DNA of 50,926 nt from an uncultured Mycoplasmatota bacterium. GTDB lineage: Bacteria; Bacillota_I; Bacilli_A; RF39; UBA660. Numbering within the stretch: position 1 is the stretch's first letter; each line of letters begins with the position of its first letter. Where the stretch lies: the NCBI GenBank assembly GCA_947574085.1, contig CANPIH010000002.1:1-50926 (forward strand). Direction: 5' to 3'. Both the position numbers and the translations under genes were made by a program. This document shows positions 44,887 through 50,926 of this stretch, in pieces. The notes under the pieces are model-generated. The model ran no database searches. It was not told the DNA's origin and saw only the letters and a list, made by a program, of their open reading frames with translations.

Positions 44887-47052
44887 TTAATTCTCTTTTA
44901 TAGGAAGTTGAATTTTTCTTGGGTCTGGAATATATGCATCTCCTGTTCCTACAAAAATTTCATCATCAATTATTTTAAAAGCTAAAATTCCATTTCCATA
45001 GTAGTTATTTAAATTTAATTGAATTAAATGTTCTCCACTAATAATATTTTTGTCTGAGTCATAAGTATATATTCCGAGTTGATTGTTATAATTCACTCCA
45101 GCAAAATAATTGTCATACAATTCTATGTATTTAAAACCTGTTTCATTAATAGATTTCCCTTGAACATCTTGTATTCTATAAATAAAGTAATCTCCATTAT
45201 CTTTTTTTACTTTTACATATTCTTTATTATAATTTCTAATTTTGTAAGCAATAGCACTTGAATCTTCTGCACCACTATTTCTATCAACTAAAATATATCC
45301 ATGAGGTCCTTTAGAAACATAATACTCTTTTAATCGTTCCATTTCACTGTAATTAAAGTTAATATGTCCTTTCACTTCCGTTAAATTAATTTTAATTACT
45401 CCAAAGTTACCACTTTGGCTTTTAGCAACTACCTGTAAATCTGTTACCGTCGAAAAAGTTATATCTTCAGTTCCAGTATAAGAATAAGTGTTTACTTCTC
45501 TATATTTTCCTAAACCAGTATTCTTTTTTAAATCATATAAAACAATTGTTTTGTTAGAGTCATTTACTAAATCTGGGTTATCATTTATAAAAACAAATCT
45601 TTCATTGAATACAGGAATTGTACCAACATTTCCAGAAATTTCATAATCATTATCCTCAAAAACAGTATCTTCTGCTAAAGAGCAATTGGTTAAAGACTTT
45701 GTAGTAAGAGTAATGCTATTTTTGTTTGCACAAGTATAATTTCCTAAAAGATTTTGCTTATTGGTATCACTATAAAAATAAAGTTTTCCATCAAAATAAT
45801 TTAAGTTTCGCAAAGTTTTATTAAATGTTCCTTCCGCTTTATTTATTAATACATTTGTATCCTCTGCCAAATCATCTACAATTGTAATTGTCAAAATATC
45901 GTTATTTTCTTCGATGCGAAATGATTCTTTTACTTCTTTTAATTGATGGCTTTCGTTATAAATACTAGTTTTAGTATAATTTTTGTTTTTTAACAAAATA
46001 GCTTCTTCATTTAATTTATTATTATCATAAAATTTCAAATAAAGTTTTGTATCTTCAATTAAAACAGCATAGTCCTCGAACAATTTTACATAATCGTATT
46101 TGTCATTAAAAATATTTTGATTGTTATAATTATGAACTTCGTATTTTCCATCCTCTAACTGAACAGAGACATATTTATCATTTATATTTTTAATCATTCC
46201 AGTAATGGCTTTTCCCAAATTTTTACCACTTTCATCTATAATGAAATTTCTTCCATTTTGTACAGAAATATAAAACTTATCATTATTACTCTCTTTAAAA
46301 TACAAATTTTCATAAATAAAATCCAATTTAGTAACAATTTCATTATTTTTTAGTTCCAATAATCCAAATTGATTCAACTGATTTTTTAAAATAACTTTAT
46401 TTTCATCAACTCTTTTTACCATAGTGTATTGATCTACTACACTATTATTTTTTATATTATACAATTTTATTGTTTTTTCTTCTTTTTTAGAAATGTCTTG
46501 TAAAAAAACAAATGTTTCCTCTATAATACTACTTCTCTTTAAAATCAAATTACCATTTTCGTCAACCGTTTTTTCTTCATCCAGTAGCTCTTCAGGAGTA
46601 TAATAAGCTACAAAACATAATTCTTCATTAGCATTTTCACATGTATATCTACCAATTTCTTCTTTAGAACTATTTAAAAAAACCAAAGTACCATTTTCAT
46701 AACGATAATTTTCTTCTTGAACAATAACTTCTACAGGTGGGATATACTCTTCTTTTTTGTTTGCTGAATGAATTAGAACATAAATTCCCACTCCAATCAA
46801 AAGAATTAGTATAAACAATACAATTACTAAAGTTATTTTCTGTTTTTGAGATTTTTTATTCCACCATTTTTTGAATTTATTCAATATTTTTTCTTTCGAT
46901 GGATTTGTAAAAAAAGTATTTCCATTTGATTCATTAGAAAAAAAATTTTGATTTTCTTCTTTTTCGCTTGTATTTACTTCAAAAATTTGATTATTTAATT
47001 CATTTAATTCTTTAGTTGTTTCTAACGAGTCTATTTCATTATTATTTAACAT
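44887..47052 (-). CDS. Type II membrane-anchored protein with a large repeat-containing ectodomain (721 aa)
   Basis: About 70-aa cytoplasmic N-terminus, transmembrane span ITLVIVLFILILLIGVGIYVLI. Two modules each open with G.YTC.N...C, followed by degenerate WG/beta-strand-like repeats. Confidence 0.65.
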   Translation of the reverse strand: MLNNNEIDSLETTKELNELNNQIFEVNTSEKEENQNFFSNESNGNTFFTNPSKEKILNKFKKWWNKKSQKQKITLVIVLFILILLIGVGIYVLIHSANKKEEYIPPVEVIVQEENYRYENGTLVFLNSSKEEIGRYTCENANEELCFVAYYTPEELLDEEKTVDENGNLILKRSSIIEETFVFLQDISKKEEKTIKLYNIKNNSVVDQYTMVKRVDENKVILKNQLNQFGLLELKNNEIVTKLDFIYENLYFKESNNDKFYISVQNGRNFIIDESGKNLGKAITGMIKNINDKYVSVQLEDGKYEVHNYNNQNIFNDKYDYVKLFEDYAVLIEDTKLYLKFYDNNKLNEEAILLKNKNYTKTSIYNESHQLKEVKESFRIEENNDILTITIVDDLAEDTNVLINKAEGTFNKTLRNLNYFDGKLYFYSDTNKQNLLGNYTCANKNSITLTTKSLTNCSLAEDTVFEDNDYEISGNVGTIPVFNERFVFINDNPDLVNDSNKTIVLYDLKKNTGLGKYREVNTYSYTGTEDITFSTVTDLQVVAKSQSGNFGVIKINLTEVKGHINFNYSEMERLKEYYVSKGPHGYILVDRNSGAEDSSAIAYKIRNYNKEYVKVKKDNGDYFIYRIQDVQGKSINETGFKYIELYDNYFAGVNYNNQLGIYTYDSDKNIISGEHLIQLNLNNYYGNGILAFKIIDDEIFVGTGDAYIPDPRKIQLPIKEN

Positions 47053-47110
47053 ACTTTCACGTCCTTATTCTAACAAAAATTATACCATAACATTTTTTAC
47101 ATTTCAAAAG

Positions 47111-47140
47111 AAAAAAATGAGTTTCACTCACTTACTCATT
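47111..47140 (-). terminator. Terminator downstream of the GDPD gene
   Basis: AATGAGT (47116-47122) pairs with ACTCATT (47134-47140). The plus-strand A-run gives a U-run on the minus transcript. Confidence 0.5.
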
Positions 47141-47234
47141 TATCTTTTTCTATTTCTCTCTAAATTGCCAATTTTATAAAAGGAATCATTATATTTTACG
47201 TCTGATATTTTCATAATTCTTTTCATCACTTCTT

Positions 47235-47855
47235 TTACTTTTTTAATTTTCTAGGCACTTCATCAACAATATACGTTCCATTTTCATACCATAAATCATT
47301 TTCTTCATTAAGAACACCATACAAGAAAACTTCTATATTCCTTTTTTCATATTCTTTTATAAGATGAGGCGTTGTTAAATTATTTAATAGACATATAAAT
47401 TGATAATGATACTCTGCTTCACTATTTAAAATATAATTTAAAATTCCTAATTTTACAGATATACCTTTTTTATATAATTTTTCAATCACTTTATTATGAA
47501 AACTCATAACATATATATTTTTATCAGAATATTCATTTAAAATTTTCATCAATTTTCGATAAGAAATATATCGATCTTTTATTTCTACCAACATTATTTT
47601 ATTGGTAGACAAAGCAAGAACTTCACTTAATAATGGAAGATCGTATTTTTTCTTTAAATACTTATAAGTTTTTCTTTTAATTAAATCCGTTTTTACAAAG
47701 GCATTGTGATGAACTACATATTGATTGTCTAACGTTTTTCGAACATCAAATTCAAAACCAGATACTTTGTTATTTTGGATTGCATTTTTAAATGCTTCCA
47801 TTGTATTTTCTTCTATTGTATCACTTCTTAATCCGCGATGAGCAATAATTTTCAA
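47235..47855 (-). CDS. Glycerophosphodiester phosphodiesterase family protein
   Basis: MKIIAHRG...ENT..AF start and GFEFDVR motif. Confidence 0.82.
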   Translation of the reverse strand: MKIIAHRGLRSDTIEENTMEAFKNAIQNNKVSGFEFDVRKTLDNQYVVHHNAFVKTDLIKRKTYKYLKKKYDLPLLSEVLALSTNKIMLVEIKDRYISYRKLMKILNEYSDKNIYVMSFHNKVIEKLYKKGISVKLGILNYILNSEAEYHYQFICLLNNLTTPHLIKEYEKRNIEVFLYGVLNEENDLWYENGTYIVDEVPRKLKK

Positions 47856-47887
47856 AAAAAATCACCTAATAAAATATATTAGATGAT

Positions 47888-48364
47888 TTATTTTTTATGT
47901 TTCTTTTTTCTTGATTTATGAAAAAGAATTTTATAAACGACAAGAATTAAAAAAAAGCAACTAAATGGAATAATATAAATTTTATATTCTCGCATGAAAT
48001 CAAATTCTACTGTTTCAGGAGTTTCTAAGAAAGCTTCAAGTACTTCGACTTCTTCTTTTAAAATTTGCAAATGATATTCAACATTTTTGTTTTCTTTTTC
48101 TAAACGAATAGTAACAACATCATTATTTTGTAAATCATGATTAGAACTGATAACAACCATTACTCCTTCTTCCACTTCATAATTTAAATCCAAAAAGGAA
48201 ACCTCTTTATCTAAAATAACAGTATATTCATTAATAAGTGGATCAAAAGGAATAGAAAGTTGTCCATTCTCAATATTTAGTTTTTTTATTTCTAAATTTA
48301 TTTCTGCAAAAGCATTCATTATTAAAAAGAAAAAAACAAATAGAAAAAAAGTCATCTTTTTCAA
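47888..48364 (-). CDS. Small surface protein: signal peptide, one beta-sandwich-like domain, C-terminal transmembrane anchor
   Basis: N-terminal MKKMTFFLFVFFFLIMNAFA, LSIPFDPLINEYTVIL (cadherin-like beta-sandwich pattern, tentative), C-terminal IIPFSCFFLILVVYKILF plus a basic tail. Confidence 0.55.
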   Translation of the reverse strand: MKKMTFFLFVFFFLIMNAFAEINLEIKKLNIENGQLSIPFDPLINEYTVILDKEVSFLDLNYEVEEGVMVVISSNHDLQNNDVVTIRLEKENKNVEYHLQILKEEVEVLEAFLETPETVEFDFMREYKIYIIPFSCFFLILVVYKILFHKSRKKKHKK

Positions 48365-48374
48365 ATTCTCACCT

Positions 48375-49469
48375 CTATATCATTTTAATTAAAATCTCAT
48401 TCATTATATATAGTTTGTCCGAATTTATAAAAATATTGCCTTTTTTTATTTTTAATTCTCCATTTTTAAGCAATGGCTTAATTGGGTATATTTCTTCTAA
48501 TTTCACTTGGTAAACATTTTCAAATTCATGAATATTAAAACCTTTTACTAGTCGAAAGCCCAACATCAAATGATTATCCATTATATCTTGCTTCGTTAAA
48601 AGTTCTTTTTCTCCAGAATACTCATTTTTTAAATATTTTGTCAATGATTTTGTATTGGTATATCGCATTTTACTAACATAGCCAGAAGCTGAAACTCCAA
48701 AACCATAATATTCTTTATTTTCCCAATATCTTTTATTATGTATAGATTCTTTTCCTTTTAATGAAAAATTACTAATTTCGTAATGTATATATCTTTTTTT
48801 CTTTAATAACTTTCTTATTTCCTTATAGATTTCACTATCCAAATCTTCACTCATTCTTTGGATATTTTTTAAATAAAGAATAGTTCCTTCTTCTAAAATT
48901 AAGCTATAGGTACTTATATGATCTGGTTTCAAACTCAAAATTTTTTTTAAATCTTTTTTTACACTTTTTTTAGTTTCTGATGCGAATCCATAAATAAAAT
49001 CTATATTGATATTAAAAAAACCACATTCTCTACAAAGTTCTATTTTTTCTTTTGCTTCTTTATAAGTATGATTTCTTCCCATTTGTTTTAATTTACTCTG
49101 TTGGAAAGATTGAATGCCAATACTTAACCGATCTACTCGATTAGCTTTTAAAAGAATTAACAATTCTTTTGTAATATCATCTAAATTACACTCAAAAGTA
49201 AACTCTTTCAAATGAGAAGTTTTAAAAATTTTCATAATTTCAAAAAGTTTTTTTAAATCACAAATAGATAAAGAAGAGGGAGTGCCTCCCCCAATATAAA
49301 AAGTCTCTATTTCCTCCTTATTATACATATCTTCTATTTCATACTTTAAACTTTTTAAATATTCATCTACCCATTTTTTTTGATAAAAAACTTTGCAAAA
49401 ATCGCAATAAGAGCAAATTGTTTTACAAAAAGGGATATGAATATAAACGCTTTTACTCTCTAAAATCAT
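48375..49469 (-). CDS. hemW: Radical SAM heme chaperone HemW (HemN-like, oxygen-independent coproporphyrinogen oxidase family)
   Basis: YIHIPFCKTICSYCDF CxxxCxxC motif, GGGTPS. Position near lepA, as in Bacillus. Confidence 0.88.
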   Translation of the reverse strand: MILESKSVYIHIPFCKTICSYCDFCKVFYQKKWVDEYLKSLKYEIEDMYNKEEIETFYIGGGTPSSLSICDLKKLFEIMKIFKTSHLKEFTFECNLDDITKELLILLKANRVDRLSIGIQSFQQSKLKQMGRNHTYKEAKEKIELCRECGFFNINIDFIYGFASETKKSVKKDLKKILSLKPDHISTYSLILEEGTILYLKNIQRMSEDLDSEIYKEIRKLLKKKRYIHYEISNFSLKGKESIHNKRYWENKEYYGFGVSASGYVSKMRYTNTKSLTKYLKNEYSGEKELLTKQDIMDNHLMLGFRLVKGFNIHEFENVYQVKLEEIYPIKPLLKNGELKIKKGNIFINSDKLYIMNEILIKMI

Positions 49470-49477
49470 ACATCACA

Positions 49478-49681
49478 CTACTTTTTAATTTGTTCTTTTT
49501 CTATTTCTTGTTTTAATTCATCATTAAAATGTATACTATTTATAATTTCATAAATAATTTCATCTGGTAAATCGTCTTCTAGCATTTCGTAAAAAATGGC
49601 ATACAAATCTTCAACTGTTTTAGCAACCAAAGCTAATTTTCTTAATTCTTCTAAATTATGCTTTTTTTTATCATAAGTCAA
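49478..49681 (-). CDS. Hypothetical acidic 67-aa protein
   Basis: ORF with TTG start. No recognisable motif. Confidence 0.45.
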   Translation of the reverse strand: MTYDKKKHNLEELRKLALVAKTVEDLYAIFYEMLEDDLPDEIIYEIINSIHFNDELKQEIEKEQIKK

Positions 49682-49707
49682 TTTTATATCTCCAAATAAC
49701 CATCAAG

Positions 49708-50721
49708 TTATTTAGAACCCCCCCCCCTTGAAAATTTAGTATTTTCATAAATATATTTGCTACCTATTTGTTGACGATTTTTTTTATAAAAATCCAATTT
49801 TTCTGCAAAAATCATATTGCGCATTGCTAATTCTTCTTGTAATAAACTTATAGTTTGTCTATTTCTTTTCAACGTTTTTTCGCATATTTCTAACGAATAA
49901 TTATACTTAATCGGATACCAAGCAATTAAATCTCTTTCTTCTTGTGATAAATTACTAATATTTTTATGAATAGTTTCAAATAATATAGTATCGTAAATTA
50001 GTAATTTGTTGCGTGTTTTTAAATACTGTCTTGCACGATATTTTGCAAGTTTTTCATTTTGTTCATCTTCATTCAAAGTTTCTTCAAACAAATAACTCAT
50101 ACTAGAAAATAGATCCTCAAACTTGGCAAAAAAAGTAATTAATTCTTCAATGGTGGTATCTAAAATCTCAGCTAATACTTTAAATGATACACGATAAGTT
50201 AATGACATCAACATAATTTCTTTTAGAAATTGTTCTGAAAAAGAATTCAAATCTTTTTTCTTCTCTTTTATTATTCCAAATCCAAATTGCAAAAGAAATG
50301 GTCTTAATTGTTCCAATAACTGTTTATTTTGTATTCTAGATAAAAAAACACAAGTCCATAATAATGACCATTTCAACTCGGCTGAAGCCTCTGGAATTGT
50401 AATTTCTTGGTTAGCTACTTTTTGCGCTATTTTTATTTTTGGTTCCCAAAAGTCAAAATTATGGTAACAGCTTTTTTTAGCAGATTCTGATTTTTTTTCA
50501 TCTGCATTCTTTTTCATTTGATTCATTAACTTTTGGTAACGATTGTATTTTTCTGGAATATCTGGTATATTTATAGACTCAATTATTTTTTTTAAATCAA
50601 CATCATTTAGAAAAAGAAGTTCTTTAATTTCTTTTTTTAATTTTTTTTGAAAAGCATAATACTCAATTTTATTTAAATAGTCTTCATATTCTGTTTTCTT
50701 AATTTCACTTTTCTTTTCCAT
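49708..50721 (-). CDS. Hypothetical helical protein (337 aa) with several HTH-like segments
   Basis: Segments ITIPEASAELKWS, VSFKVLAEILDTTIEEL and LSQEERDLIAWY..YSLEICEKTLKRNRQTISLL resemble sigma-70 region 4-type or HTH units. SD GTGGTGA upstream. Confidence 0.6.
   Translation of the reverse strand: MEKKSEIKKTEYEDYLNKIEYYAFQKKLKKEIKELLFLNDVDLKKIIESINIPDIPEKYNRYQKLMNQMKKNADEKKSESAKKSCYHNFDFWEPKIKIAQKVANQEITIPEASAELKWSLLWTCVFLSRIQNKQLLEQLRPFLLQFGFGIIKEKKKDLNSFSEQFLKEIMLMSLTYRVSFKVLAEILDTTIEELITFFAKFEDLFSSMSYLFEETLNEDEQNEKLAKYRARQYLKTRNKLLIYDTILFETIHKNISNLSQEERDLIAWYPIKYNYSLEICEKTLKRNRQTISLLQEELAMRNMIFAEKLDFYKKNRQQIGSKYIYENTKFSRGGGSK
49718..49727. repeat. C10 (G10 on the coding strand) homopolymer near the 3' end of the 337-aa ORF
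   Basis: Read directly: gaaCCCCCCCCCCttg. Encodes RGGG, five codons before the stop. A striking run in this AT-rich sequence. Confidence 0.9.
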
Positions 50722-50780
50722 AAATATTCACCACTTTCATTAAATAGTTTTATAGGACGGAATAGGGTTTTCATGGTACA

Positions 50781-50926
50781 TTAACCTTCTTCCTTTAATA
50801 TTTCTAAAAATGCTTCTTTTGGAACTTCTACACTTCCAAGCATTTTCATTTTCTTTTTACCTTCTTTTTGCTTTTCTAAAAGTTTTCGTTTTCGAGAAAC
50901 ATCTCCACCATAACATTTAGCTAAAA
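50781..50926 (-). CDS. lepA: Elongation factor 4 (LepA), C-terminal 47 codons, window-truncated
   Basis: [47 protein letters not shown]-stop matches the conserved LepA C-terminus. TAA at 50781-50783. Confidence 0.9.
   Translation of the reverse strand, partial: LAKCYGGDVSRKRKLLEKQKEGKKKMKMLGSVEVPKEAFLEILKEEG

Noticed and set aside
1503-45261. About 25 short ORFs (60-141 aa) in the track lying antisense to recognised genes, for example 1503-1727, 2730-2960, 6494-6856, 14682-15014, 20982-21347, 30154-30579, 33340-33654, 42223-42603 and 45079-45261
   Set aside because: Each is fully embedded opposite a strongly supported CDS. They are rich in F/L/I/S/K, as expected for the reverse complement of AT-rich coding sequence, and they lack SD sequences and recognisable motifs.
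47141-47234. 28-codon ORF (MKRIMKISDVKYNDSFYKIGNLERNRKR) between the GDPD stop and its terminator
   Set aside because: It has no convincing SD, is very short and has no distinguishing feature. It is likely just a 3' UTR.
49682-49727. Possibility that G-tract slippage fuses the 337-aa ORF to the 67-aa ORF
   Set aside because: I translated both the G9 and G11 variants by hand. Both hit stop codons before entering the 67-aa frame, so no fusion is produced.
1-50926. Search for CRISPR arrays, tRNA/rRNA genes, IS elements or transposases, and integrase-flanked islands
   Set aside because: I saw no regularly spaced repeats, no tRNA T-arm/acceptor signatures, no rRNA-like segments and no transposase-like ORFs. 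The only recombinase is a housekeeping-type XerC/D.

Overview
Visibly AT-rich chromosomal window that reads like a low-GC Bacillota (Bacilli/Erysipelotrichia-like) genome using the standard code. No rRNA, tRNA, CRISPR array or transposase was seen. Most of it is housekeeping. There is murE, an ABC-F ATPase, and a T-box-led co-directional run hisS-asnS-(2 unknown ORFs)-aspS-gatCAB. Also present are tcdA, gpsA, rarA, a XerC/D recombinase, zupT, mnmA, type IV pilus-like pilB/pilD/pilC, trmK-rpoD-dnaG, uvrC, trxA, cvpA, rnhC, a Val T-box-led HD-domain gene plus valS, and hemW-lepA. Gene orientation flips from mostly + (left of ~21.5 kb) to mostly - (right of it). A dif-like 28-mer sits in the convergent gap, so the window may span the replication terminus. 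Several pockets are not explained by housekeeping functions: (1) a membrane-anchored 290-aa protein plus an orphan HerA/DUF87 ATPase, followed by about 0.6 kb of decayed-looking sequence and a promoter-plus-terminator-bounded candidate RNA; (2) a two-ORF cassette inside the aaRS operon bracketed by a 29-nt exact direct repeat; (3) a divergent orphan RnfC/RnfD-like pair co-directional with a surface protein and a start-less sortase-like frame; (4) two unknown ORFs inserted between lepA and hemW, one carrying a G10 tract. All functional calls rest on motif recognition by eye. No database search was run.
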